The notes below the pieces were generated by a model. The model made no database searches. It saw nothing but the letters and a program-made list of their open reading frames with translations, and was not told the DNA's origin. This document shows positions 10,370 to 22,400 of a stretch of DNA of 64,000 nt, one piece after another; position 1 is the stretch's first letter; every line of letters begins with the position of its first letter. Source of the DNA: Octopus vulgaris (Eukaryota); NCBI GenBank assembly GCA_951406725.2, contig OX597814.1:133796001-133860000 (forward strand). The letters run 5' to 3'. The translations under genes and the position numbers were made by a program.

Positions 10370-11948
10370 GATTTTATTACTACCCACAAGGGGCCAACAT
10401 AGATGGGACAATACAATCGGGGAACTTAAAATAAGAAAGCGAATGACAAGAAAAGGAAAAAATAAAAGTAAAAAATGACATATGAAAGAATATTTACAAT
10501 GAGATGTAAATGCCCACTCGATCCCCGGAATCGAGAGGTTACATTTTCGTCACATATATTTCACAAAATTTTCTTTTTTCTCTTCTTTCTTCTCTCTCTT
10601 CTCACAATTCTATACATATTCCATAATAGCTTTCAATTCTCTAAAGTCCATCACTGAGCCCTCAGGCAGCCGCTCTCTCACTCGAACACTCGTGTAAAAT
10701 ATTACACTCTCTCCGGCAGCTCTGAGGAACTCAGCGACTCTTTCTTCGGGGATTAGAGCAGTCTCCTGCCACTGATCGGTCATCCTGTTGACCCATATAT
10801 GTCCCTCCGTATTACATGTCAAGTCTTTCATTTCAGGGCAGAAATGGAAGGTTACTAACTTGTAGAAGCAGTAATCTTGTTTCCGTCCTACGTTTTCCTT
10901 CATTTTTCTTTTCGGGCTTATTTCTTCCTTGTTCTCCTCTCTTTGTTTCTCTCTTTCTCTCTTTTTGCCTTCTTTTCTTTCTCCTTCCTTCTCTTGTCTT
11001 TTTGGTTCTTTGTCTGTTCTCTCTTTCTCTCGTGTTTTATGTTCCTTTTCTTTTTCTTTTTGTGTGCCGTCTTTTCTTTTCGTTTGATTCTGATCTCTCT
11101 CTTGTTTTTTTCCTGTTGTTTCTTTTTCCTTTTTTTTTCCTGACTCTGTTTTGGTTCTATTTCTTTCTTTTCTTTTATTTCTTTTTCCTTCATTGACTTA
11201 TTATTTCCTTTCTCTTGTTGTTTTGTTTCCTTTTCTATGTTTTCTTTTTCATTTACCGTATTCTTCTTTTCTTCAAGTTCCTGCTCGCACTCCGCTACGA
11301 ATTCGTATAACGGGCACTCTTTTTTAATGTGCCCCCTTGTCCCACACAAGTAACAGTTTGGTTTTCTTCCCTCTACAATTACACTGAGGGTTTTTTCATC
11401 TTCAATTTCAATTCTGTAGGGGAACCTTTCAATGTCCTCTTTTGTGGCCATCAAACACAGTTCTACCCCATATCCTCTCCAGTTTACCGCGTTGGACTCC
11501 TTAAAGGATTCCACCTCCACTTCCTCTTCTGCTGCTCCTAGAATAGCTGTTGCCAGCCATTCTGTTTTCACTTCTGGGGGTATATTCGGGATTTTAACCC
11601 GGACCCCTCTTCTTCCCTTGTATGAGGGCCACATTGTAAATTTTTCGGCTCTTAGTACAGTGGTAGCCAGTGAAGCTGCAATTTCTTCCGTTGCACATCT
11701 CACCTCCACCGTACCAAATTTCTTGCCTCTACTCACGTAGGTTGTTTTCCCCATTATGTCTCCCAGACATTTTTCAATTTCGGCTATCTCCACTCTTGCC
11801 AGTTTCTTCGTATTTTTGTCTTGGGTTCTGTATGTCACTGTCTTGCTTTGTTTGTTCTCTTTTGCTTTCGCGGGGGGGATTAGCTTCACGCTATCACCCT
11901 CCCTTTTGAAGAGCTTTTCATATTCTTTGAGTTTATCCTTCTCAATTT
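10370..11948 (-). mobile_element. ORF1-only (HAL1-like) non-autonomous Tx1-related element (element A), 5'-truncated
   Basis: ORF1 homologue (CYLCGTRGHIKKEC), then a K/E-rich region and a 97-aa segment, ~190 bp UTR, and the same 3' tail as element B. No APE/RT motifs between ORF1 and the tail. Confidence 0.75.
10610..11945 (-). pseudogene. ORF1 of element A (zinc knuckle), frameshifted in the lysine-rich tract
   Basis: ORFs 10918-11889 and 10610-10903; shares VEGRKP.C..CG..GH...EC with ORF1 of element B. Confidence 0.75.
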
Positions 11949-12199
11949 TATATCACTTGCTATTTTTACTTTTGTTATGATACGATTATATTATACTTTA
12001 GTTTGACTTTAATTATTATTTACTACATATAATTCAATTGTTATTATTATTTTTATTGTTAAAGTGAAAGTATCTGACATAAAATAGAGAAATGTTTTTG
12101 TTTCACTTTTAACACGTAATACTGAAATAGTGGAGAAGATATGATATTGCTATAGGCTCGCTCTAGGCAAGAAGTTGAACATTTTTTGCCGATGACACT

Positions 12200-12315
12200 C
12201 CCCGGAACCTAAGTAAGGCGTGTGTAAAATTTGAATGAAATTGGTTGTGTAGTTCTCAATTTTTAGGGAAACACGCAGACAGACAGACACACATTCTCAG
12301 TTTTATATATATAGC
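12200..12315 (-). mobile_element. 5' end fragment of non-autonomous Helitron-like repeat
   Basis: AAATTTGAATGAAATTGG...ACAGACAGACACAC...TTTTATATATATAG resembles the ends at 50700-50766 and 52560-52629. Confidence 0.4.
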
Positions 12316-13544
12316 GATATATACATACATATATACATATACATCCACGCGTGTGAACGCGCGCACGCGCGCACACATACATAGGCACGCATTTATATCA
12401 TCGCCATGATAATATAAGATTATGCTCTTTCTCCAGCAGGTAGTGTTCGAAATTTCGCAAAGTGTATTTTACTATTTCTCTTTCCTTTTGTGTTTGCGAC
12501 ATAGGAGTATCTTTCCACCTTCTGATCACCAGTCTCATTGTCGTAAGCAGCAATTACTGCAGACAAGTAGATATTCTTTTTTTAGCTATATTCGAATTTG
12601 GCACAGGGTGGTTTTCTGAAAATAGATGCCTTTTGAAGTGGTTAACATGACCGACATGTCAATCTATAACATGAATGGATTTTGATTATAACATCGCTAA
12701 CAACCTATTCGTACAGCTCGTTAAGGTAATAAAGAACCAAGGATTAATACCATTCCTAGTTTCTCTGGCAGTGATCCATATATTCCACTGCAGGACGACT
12801 CCTGTGGACAGGGGTATCGCGCAATTACCATACCCCGCCACTTAGTTGGTCTTGAAAACAAGATACATTATCCCATCTGGGCTTCCACCACTACTGGCAC
12901 ACTGAAAATCCTTTCAATTTATAATAAAGTTATGCCACCTTTTCTTTTTGCCCCTTTCTTGATAGAGTTGACAAACATAGAAGTAGAAGCCTTCGTACCA
13001 CATTATTCCACAGATTCTTTTCATTTTAAATGCTGTCTGATATTCAGAATTAAATTTTACAGGCAACTTTTACATCAAATTTGCTATTTTCATTATAGTC
13101 CTCCATGTTGCTGCTTACTGTTTGTGAAAGTCATTTTTTCAGGTTAGTGTAAATATTTATATTTAAAAAGAAAAACACCATCCTTACCGTCCACTGTTTG
13201 TAGAATTTTCATTCTTTTCAGTGTAAATGTTTATACTTTCTTTATACACACACATGTAATCGTATTTAGAAATGTTCAATCGTATTAGAAATGTTCAAAG
13301 ATTTCTTCAAAATTCTTGCCGCTAACCCAAACGGAGTAGTAGTATTTAAATGACTTTTTTAAAACAAAGAAATGTTTTAAAAATTAAATATATTTTTTAA
13401 AATGTAGAACATTTCTTCCTAAGGTAATCGAGAAAAATCCAGAGTTCTTAAGTATAAATATTTTACAGAGCGAAAAAAGCACGTTCGGTAGGAGAAAAAG
13501 CAAACAACAATATCAACAATTAAAAACAATAATAATAAGAATAA

Positions 13545-13742
13545 TGATTCCAAACTTTGGCACAAGGCCAGCAGTTTCGGGAAGGGGTAAGTCGATTGCA
13601 TCGCCCCAGTATTCAAATGGTACTTATTTATCAACCTCAAAAGGATGAAAGGTAAAGTCGACCTCAGTGGAATTTGAACTCAGAATGTAAAGACGGGCGA
13701 AATACCGCCAATCGTGCTAACGATTCTGCCACATCACTACCT
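13545..13742 (-). mobile_element. tRNA-derived SINE, family B
   Basis: Minus strand A-box TGGCAGAATCGTT, B-box GAGTTCAAATTCC, central GAGGTCGACTTTACCTTTCATCC...GATAAAATAAGTACC; tail GGCCTTGTGCCAAAG. Confidence 0.8.

Positions 13743-13834
<92 letters not shown>
13743..13834. repeat. (TAA)n microsatellite
   Basis: Direct inspection. Confidence 0.95.
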
Positions 13835-13836
<2 letters not shown>

Positions 13837-14540
13837 TAAGGACCACCTTATCTCTGGATGTAAAGTCTTAGCACTAGTGGAGTATAAATTAAGACATGAC
13901 AGAGTTGGCCGATATCTACACTGGCTAATAAGTCGGCATTACAATATCAAAACTGCCGACAAGCGGTATAACCACCACCCTGAAGCTGTAACTGAAGGAG
14001 AAAATGTAACCATTCTGTGGGACTTTCCAGTACATACAGACCGAACCATCAAAGCCAATAAACCAGATATTGTTGTGAAAGACCAAAACAATAAAGTGTG
14101 CTTATTGATCGACATGAGCGTCCCCTGCGATCATAATATCTCGGCGAAAGAGTTTGACAAGCTCAGAAAATATAAAGACCTGCTCATTGAAATTGAGAAA
14201 ATGTGGCATCTCAAGGCGGTTACAATACCAGTGATCGTAGGAGCACTAGGAATGATCAAGAAGGGAACCGAAAATTATATGAGAATGATCTCTGGCTTAC
14301 CATCCCTGCAAGAAGTGCAAAAGATTGTCTTAACTGGTACATCACACGTATTGAGAAGAGCTTTGTCGATGTGAGAACTATTACTACCCATGTATTTTAA
14401 TTTAAGTTTTAAAAAAATGAACGAACTATTGAGTTTAGTTTAATGGCCTACCAATGTATACTATGAGTTTCTTTGCACTAGGAGTCGGGAAGACACTCGG
14501 CAAGAAATGGAAGCAAATTTGAAAGAAGAAAAAAAAATAA
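13835..14540 (+). mobile_element. 5'-truncated R4/Dong-clade non-LTR element (restriction-like endonuclease C-terminus) in (TAA)n
   Basis: HLISGC...Y..RHD, ILWD...TDR...ANKPDIVV, LIDMSVP, K..KY.DL, IPVIVGALG; ORF ends at 14374; TAA repeats on both sides (established Dong target). Confidence 0.88.
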
Positions 14541-15631
14541 CAATAATAATAATAATAGTTAGCAATCACACTCATATAACACCCAACCGCCTTAAATTTG
14601 AGAATGAAACAGAAAGTTTGGTCCTAGATACGCAAAAAAAAGACAGAATTCATGAAACGATTTTGATCACAGATTTCGCCAACTAAAACTGAATGGGTGC
14701 TAAGCCACGACTACAAGTCTCTTAGATCTCCTCACAACTATCAAACTAATGATTAGTGTAGAGATAAATAGGCATTTCTTAGCAACACGAAATTCTGCGG
14801 AAAGATAAACATTCAAATCTTTTAATGCTTTCAGCAATATATATTGACATATTAAAAGCAATAGCGGAAATTCAGTGTACATAACTATGGCTTTTTTCTT
14901 CTTTGTAACTGATATCCAAGACTCAGATTTTATGACACACGAAATAAATAAAAATTAAAACTCAAGGGATATTTCTATGGGTGAGAGCATATCTCAATTT
15001 CATGTGCTTTAAATGGAGAGCGAAAGATGTAACCGCTCATATGTTAGTTACGATTATGCATATTTCTCGAACTGCTGTGAGGAATTATTTATATATTTTA
15101 ACTAAATGCAAAACAGATCCAAGATTAATACAAAATGATCGGTCCAAAATCAATAAATACCTGTGTTGAATAGGAATATTTAACCATGTTGCTATCAGTC
15201 AAAGAACTTTCGCATTCGGTCATTTCACTTTCATAAGTATTGACACATATGGGTGCATGTACCTGAGCAGTTGCATTTGTGTGTGTGTATATGTGTGTGT
15301 GTTTTGTGTGCGCGTGCGTGTGTGTATGTATATGAGTGTGTGTACATATCTATGTGTGTGTGTGTGCACGCGCGCGTAAATACGGAAATATAATTCAGTT
15401 TTGGGGATTAATAGATATATGGGTATTCTATTTCAGATTATGCAAAAAAATAACATAACGAGTATACCTGAAGGTAAACCCGTGGTATGTATATGCAAAT
15501 CCAGAAATTATACTTTAAGGATAAAACTAGTGCACCATTTAGGGTATAAAATATACTTCCTTAATTTTCTCTTACTTAAGTTAAAATTATCATTATGAAG
15601 GAACTACACGTGTTTCAGTTTTGGAAGATTA

Positions 15632-15688
<57 letters not shown>

Positions 15689-15693
<5 letters not shown>

Positions 15694-15760
15694 GTAGAAT
15701 TGTAAATCTGATATTATATATATATATATATATAATATCAGATTTACAATTCTACCAACA
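15689..15760. repeat. Short palindrome with (TA)n core at the end of a Penelope-like remnant
   Basis: TGTTGGTAGAATTGTAAATCTGAT ... ATCAGATTTACAATTCTACCAACA. Confidence 0.9.
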
Positions 15761-16830
15761 CATCTTCAGATTCTTTTTCAAAATATTGTTAACGTAATTT
15801 TACATCAGTTTAAAATTAAGCGTTAAATTAATCATTAAAAATAAAAATTTAAAAATTAAATTTTACAAAATTAAGAATTAAAAAATTATAAATTATAATT
15901 ATAAATTAGTATACACATATCAAATTTATAAAGTCAAGTATACAATGTCAAATATAAAATATAAAATTATACGTCAGAATAAAAATGTATGTGATTAAAT
16001 GTGGAAAATAATGTAAAAACTAAAGATACTCTTTTGATAGAGCAGGATGTCATTCAAAATGGCGATCAAAGGAAGTGAAAATAGCAAAGCACTATGGGAA
16101 TTTATCGATGATATGTTCCAAGGGGGGTAATTCCATTATAGATAGTTTAAATTAAATCATCTATTATTATCTTCTATCCAACTGTGTTGAGAAATATATA
16201 TAATTTGTTATAATATAATATTTCGCAATATTTAAAGTAATTGATCAATTTAATTATTTATATAACATATTCAACTAGTGTAGAGATCAAGAGTACGTGG
16301 TGATTAGAATCGAGGGGGGGGGGCAGTTCAGTATTTCATTCTACTGAAAGTAAAAGTAATTTGGTGTCTACTTTCATAAGTATTGACACATATGGTTGCA
16401 TGTGGTCCTCTCTCATGGTATGTGTTTAGTAATTCATCTCTATACTGTATTAGTTTCATAATTTCTGTTATACATAATAAACACATTTTATTCCCAATAT
16501 TATAAGAGTGGGCTCCAACTAAGGGTGTAATCTGTTTTTCTAGATTTCAATTCCCATAAATATTTACTTAAACCTGTGGACTTATTTAAATTAGGATTTT
16601 TGAAGGTCTGGTAGTGTTGGGAGATTCTTTTTTAAATTTCATTATTCAATATAAACCTTTTTATATTTTCATTATTGTTGTTCATAGAGCTTACTATACA
16701 TTTATAAATTACTTTATCAATATTACAATTATTAGTGAGCTTACATTTAGTCTTATCACGATATGAACATTTATCTATATATGGATTAAGAGTTCCATCA
16801 CTATCGATTATGGGCCAAAAAGACAAGAAT
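15735..16830 (-). mobile_element. Degenerate Penelope-like (GIY-YIG) remnant
   Basis: Minus strand reads 'KCSYRDKTKCKLTNNCNIDKVIYKCIV', then 'KRISQHYQTFKNP...STGLSKYLWELK' with stops; ends in a truncated CTGAAGA motif near 15763-15769. Confidence 0.7.
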
Positions 16831-16839
16831 AGTCATCGT

Positions 16840-17842
16840 CGTGTTTTGTTGTGTTTGCTCTCGGTACTATATTCTCCGCAAAGTTTGGCGGGCACCGACA
16901 ATATTGGATGTTCTCAGTCTTATCATTAATGGTGCGAAACCAAGTATTACCAATTCGTTGATAACTGATGAAGAATTAGGGACCTTCTATATCTGTCTCC
17001 CGTCTGGTTGTACACTCAGTATATGTTATGTCGTTTGTTTATTTACCATACATTTTTTCATTTATTAAGTAACGAAACGCAAACACACCGAATAGTATTA
17101 ACAGTAAGTTTTTCCATAAATCCGCGTGAGTCTTTCTTGCCTTCAACCTTTCTCCATTTCTTTCTTTCACTCTCTCACTTCTATTCTAGCCTTTCCACTT
17201 TCACCATTTCTCTCTCTCTCTCTCTCTCTCCCTCTTGTATTCCTAGCTTTTCTCCTTTCTCTTTTCCCCTTCATCCCTTCCTCTTTTTCTCTCTGTCGCT
17301 CTCTCCCTCTCTCTTACCCTCTTTCTCCTCTGCCCGCTACTATCACGTGACTCGTGGCCAGCTTTCACAGCTTTCTCTTCCTTTCTCGCACTGGTCCCGT
17401 AACTGACCAGTCCCAAATTCTCTGTCTCACTGCTTTCTGTCCTTTGGGAGTTCATCTAAGCGTTACTCACTATTCTTCTCTTTTTGGGCTCGAAGGGTGT
17501 ATTTTGGTCGTTTCTTGTTTATTTCGTCTTTGTTCATCGTCTTAAATCAAATTTATTCAATTTCGTGTGTCCACTCTCTATTGTATTGTTTTGTTTGGTT
17601 TTGTTTGCTCTCGGCACTATATTCTCCGCAAATTTTTCTGAGCACCGTCAATATGGTAAGTTCTCAGTCTCATCATTAATGGTGCAAAACTGAGTATTAC
17701 TAATTAGTTGACAACTGATGAAAAGTTAGTGACCTTCTGTGTCTGTCTCCCGTCCAGTTGTACACTCAATATAAGTTATGTGGTTTGTTTATTTACCAAA
17801 CATTCTTTCATCTATTAAGTAACGGAATGCAACGCACATCGA

Positions 17843-17850
<8 letters not shown>
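16840..17850 (+). mobile_element. Element with ~260-bp direct repeats (pLTR-like) around a CT-rich spacer
   Basis: 16840-17100 and 17590-17850 are diverged direct copies (GCTCTCGG.ACTATATTCTCCGCAAA...ACTGATGAA...TGTACACTCA...TTAAGTAACG); they contain degenerate HHR-like parts. Confidence 0.7.
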
Positions 17851-17927
<77 letters not shown>

Positions 17928-17936
17928 TCAGAATCA

Positions 17937-17991
17937 GTTCTGCTGAGGATCATAAGACTAAGTTAAATGTGAAATCACGGTGATACAGAAC
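17937..17991 (+). ncRNA. Minimal type I hammerhead ribozyme
   Basis: Stem I GTTCTG/CAGAAC; CTGAGGA; stem II T-CAT...ATG-T; GAAA; stem III TCAC-G-GTGA; AUA triplet. Confidence 0.7.
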
Positions 17992-18102
17992 TAAATTCAT
18001 TTTTTAAATGTCTTGCTTTATTTGGGTATGTTTAGTGTAATTTTGGTATAATGACTTTGTCCCTCTTAGTGTGAGGCATTTATGTGTATTAATGCCCTCT
18101 AT

Positions 18103-18139
<37 letters not shown>

Positions 18140-18144
<5 letters not shown>

Positions 18145-20170
18145 ACAAAGATGTGTAAGTGTCAATTCATTACGGCCGTTTCGAGCGACTCCTTTCATTG
18201 ATCAATAAAATCATTACATTATTACAAACAAACCCATTCTCATCAGACGACCGCATAGACCTCAAGCATAAAGGAAAAGTTAGATATTTAAACATATTCA
18301 TATCATCAATAGAGAGCAAATATTTACAATGATTCCTCTGCTAAATTTTTGGGCAGAATGAAACAAAGGCAGTACAGCGGTGGGAGGATGAATGAGATTA
18401 GCGACCACCTTATCTACACATCGAAATGGATGAATGTAGTCTTCAAAACATCTAAAATTAGATTTTTAGGGAGTTAGTATCATGACAAATCGTTATACTA
18501 TTTGAAAAAATAGTATATAGCTATATCAACACCAAAAGGGTAGGCCATGGAGTGGTAAACGAGAAGTGTTGATAATAGAAAGAGAAGAGGGGATCGGGAT
18601 GGCTAATAAGGCTTAATTTGATTGTCATCTTAAAGGGAAGTAAAAAGTATTATGGGTGGGATATAAATTGAAGGGATGTGTTTTTACCTTAGTTTACATA
18701 TACCGTTAAAGCAAAATGCATATATATATATATATAATCTAGAAATAAATCTCATATATAACAAAATAAGAAGATAACGTATAATTTAATATATGATGAT
18801 AGAAATTTGCAGTATATAGCGATTTTTATGAAATAAATTAGAAATTAGAAATTGCCACCAAATTTTTATGCTATACACACTTTAAAAATATAAGGAATTA
18901 AAAAATGAAAGTAAAAATATAACCAAATATAAAAATAAAATATAAGAAAATATGGAAAAATATAAAGCATGAACATATAAAATATTTATATATATATAAA
19001 AATATAAAGTGTAAAAGATATAACTTTATAATTTTAGGTTCGCAGTACAGTGCGATATATGAACAACTTTAAAACCGTCAAAGTATTAATAAAATATACA
19101 AAAATTATGAAAAAAGGTATGAAGTGTATATAAAATCTTAAGATATAAGGATGTAAGATATAAGATTTATAAAATATACGAGGAAATATAGGAAAATATC
19201 AGAGACAAGAAATATACGGAAAGCTATAATAAAATATTTGACAAGAGATATGCTTAAATGAATTCTTTCTTAAAAAATTTTATAAAGTAAGCCAATAAAA
19301 TATACTATACTAAGATATATAAAAAGGAAATAAGGTAATATAAAATGAAAATAAAGAAAATATGATTGTGGAATTGTTATATAAATATCTATAATCAGAA
19401 TATTTATCAATTATTAATATAGATGGAAAAAAGCATAAGTATACCGGGTTATAATAAAAATAAAATAGAATTCAAATTATCATTAGAAATAGGTTAAGAA
19501 AATATATTTAAAATACAACGAGGAGCAAGAATTGAGGTATGATAGTAACAGATCATAGAGGGTATATTTAAGAATCAGGAGAGATTAGAAAATTAAGGAC
19601 TCGTTGGGAAAAAATGATATATTTATATTAACCATGATAGGATAGATACACCACTGGTATTGGGTAGGTATATATTATGATTACTAAGAGTTAATAGATC
19701 AAAGGGTTCACAGAGAAACTTTTTTAGTCGCAAAAAAATTATATGATATACTAAATAATTATCATCGCCTAAAGTATTTAAAGGTAGGGTAATCTTATGA
19801 ACACATGACAGTCTACGATCTAATTTATTAGTAATTAAGTTGTTCATATCTCAATATTTAAAATGTTCATACAGTTCCATACAGCATAGTTTACATCCAT
19901 ATCGGCTGTTTGTGTATGGTTGAGCTCAAAGCACTAAATCCAATTTAAGACAGAAATCGATATTATTGTCTTTAAGTTCCCAGATTTTCGTGCGTAATGA
20001 GGTACTATAATTTTATACTCAAGTCTAAGGATGAAAAATAGTTAGTCAATCGTTTTTCACATTTACTGAGCACCCTATATAAATATAATGATGTAATGCT
20101 TTTATTGATCAATTAAAGGACTTACTCGAAACGGCTGTAACCAATTGAAACTTAAACAAATTTGTTACTC
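18140..20170 (-). mobile_element. Penelope-like remnant with inverted partial pLTR
   Basis: Minus 20010-19800 reads 'STSLRTKIWELKDNNIDF...QPYTNSRYGCKLCCME...SCVHK'; 18140-18225 is an inverted diverged copy of 20085-20170. Confidence 0.75.
18167..18250 (-). ncRNA. Minimal type I hammerhead ribozyme
   Basis: Minus: TCGT CTGATGA GA...TC GAAA CGGCCG TA ATGA; palindromic stem III CGGCCG; GUA triplet. Confidence 0.65.
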
Positions 20171-21189
20171 ATTTATATTTTACTCACCTACCCTGGAATC
20201 TGCACGTCGCAAGTATAATGAAAGTATCTTTATATAGAGTATATGTTTGAACAAACAAGAGCGAATTTATTCACTTTCTTGGATTCTGCCATCTGCATAC
20301 ACAGCATGAATACTCTATGTAAAGTCTGACAGTCACCTAATATTGAGAGTGCAAATAAGTTCGTCCTAACAAGGTGCCTCAATGTAAGTACCTAATTCAA
20401 CTGAAACTAAATTACATTTTTATACATATGTGTGTGAGTGTGTGTTTGTGTATGCGTTTTTTTGTGTGTGTGTTTGTGTGTGCGCGTGTGTCTGTGTGCG
20501 CGTGTGTCTGTGTGCGGGGGGTCTGTGTGTGTATGCCTGCGTGTGTTTGTGTGTGTAATTATGTATGTATAGAAGCTGTTTTAGACGTGTCCAGGATGTA
20601 TAAAGATGTACAAGGCAGAGGAAAGGAAGTTATTTCCTTATCTTTCATTTCGGCATAACAAGATAAATAATTATATTGTAAAGCACTGAACGTAACAACG
20701 ATTATTGCTTCCTGGAATGTTCTGCAACTATACACAATATTTAATATGCACACAAGCGCACTGTCACATTCTTTCGGATCCTAGGACATTCTTTAAATAC
20801 ATAACACTCTAATCCAGCATGAAATCAACCTTATAGAATATGCAGCACGCATTGTGAATATTATCGGTTTATCTTAGCTAATCCTTCTTCAAACATTACC
20901 TAAATGATAATCATCGGTATCACGTCAATAATAGTAATGGCAACAAAAACAAAAACAGCAATGATAATATTGATGAGGATAATAATAACAATGATGATGA
21001 TGACTATAATAAAAGACTTTTTCCCTATATTTGCCGCCAGGACTAATTCATTCATATAATAAATGCGTGTTGAAAAGTCGTTAAAAAATGTGTGCAGATG
21101 GACAGATGATAGTTATGAACAAACAAGAGAAGCTGTTAAGATAAATAGGCAGACGACAGACAGACAGACAGATACATACATTCATTATT

Positions 21190-21397
21190 TTCTTTTTTCT
21201 TTTACTTGTTTTAGTCATTGGACTTTTGTCATGATGCAGCACCACCTTCAAGAATTTTTTGTCGAATGAATCCCACTATTTAATGTTTTTAAAGTTTTGT
21301 ACTTATTCTATCGGTCTCTTTGCCAAATCACTAAGTTAGGGATGTAAACACACCCGATGGCGGTAGACAAAGAATAATACAAAGACACACACACATG

Positions 21398-21429
<32 letters not shown>

Positions 21430-21673
21430 TATATATATATATATAATTAAGGGTTTAGGAACAAGTTGCTTCACCACATACCAAAAATTTAGAAATAGCA
21501 GCCAAAAGACAGCTAATTCTTTTAACTACAAATATGACTCCACAGACAATATATATATATATATATATATATATAGCAGAAGACACTTGCCCAAGAATCC
21601 ACGCAGTGGGACTGAACCCGGAACCATGTGGTTGGTAAGTAAGCTACTTACCACACAGCCACTCCTGCGCCTA
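21190..21673 (-). mobile_element. tRNA-derived SINE family A, interrupted
   Basis: Head AGGCGCAGGAGTGGCTGTGTGGTAAG at 21673-21573; 3' part at 21190-21390; matches the copy at 42315. Confidence 0.8.
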
Positions 21674-21799
21674 CATTAGAATTCTATTTGAAACGTATAT
21701 GCAGAATAAATAATGACCACTAATCCATTTTTACTTTGGTTGGTTGTACCTCGGGGAGCTCAGTATCACACGAGGAATTGATTTTTAGCAACTTTTAGA

Positions 21800-22400
21800 C
21801 CAAAAGCTTACTGTTTATCAATAAGCTTCTGGGTGTTCTTGGTAGAGGCCTAGGAAATCGCACTCCAGCAACACATTTGTGGTTTTATTTTATTTTTCTT
21901 AGATCAATCATAAAATTAAGCAGTCTATGTTTTTTCACTTCAGAGCTCTCTGCAGTGAACCAACTCCATGGGAACAGATATCACTTAAGGCGTTTCAGGG
22001 ATACTTACGATGTTTTAAACGCTTTCTGTTTGGATTTACCTTCCTTCTTTATTTGATGTCTTTTCCTCTTTTACCCTGTCACTTTTATTGAGCTATCAAT
22101 TGCTCCCATCTTAGCCTAACAGTTGGACTGTCTGTCCAGCAAGACTTATTGCAAATGTTTTAGCCACCCAAAGCAGATATCAAGCCTCGTGGCTTGGAGA
22201 AGAGTCACTGGGACACTAAAGTTCATACTGATTCATCCAGACTCTTCCATAAGTTTTCGTCAGCGTTGCACTCACTACTAGTCCACATTGCAGCACAACG
22301 ATGACATCCACTCAATATTTCTGCAAGTGAACGTGACTCTCAACCCTATTTTCTAGTGTATTGCTGTATAAATCTTTGAGCATGAGTGTGTCTACACAAT
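21800..22400 (-). mobile_element. Possible highly decayed RTE-like LINE C-terminal remnant
   Basis: Only weak resemblance of the minus-strand translation to the RTE C-terminal G.P.KR..D.LK.SLK pattern. Confidence 0.25.

Noticed and set aside
5100-10418. Direct repeats at 5100-5160 and 10358-10418 as LTRs
   Set aside because: The enclosed ORF2 is APE-RT of non-LTR type with no integrase. The repeats are the 3' ends of two adjacent elements.
12420-13150. Possible coding remnant (minus-strand 'GGSPDG')
   Set aside because: Stops in all frames and no further supporting motifs
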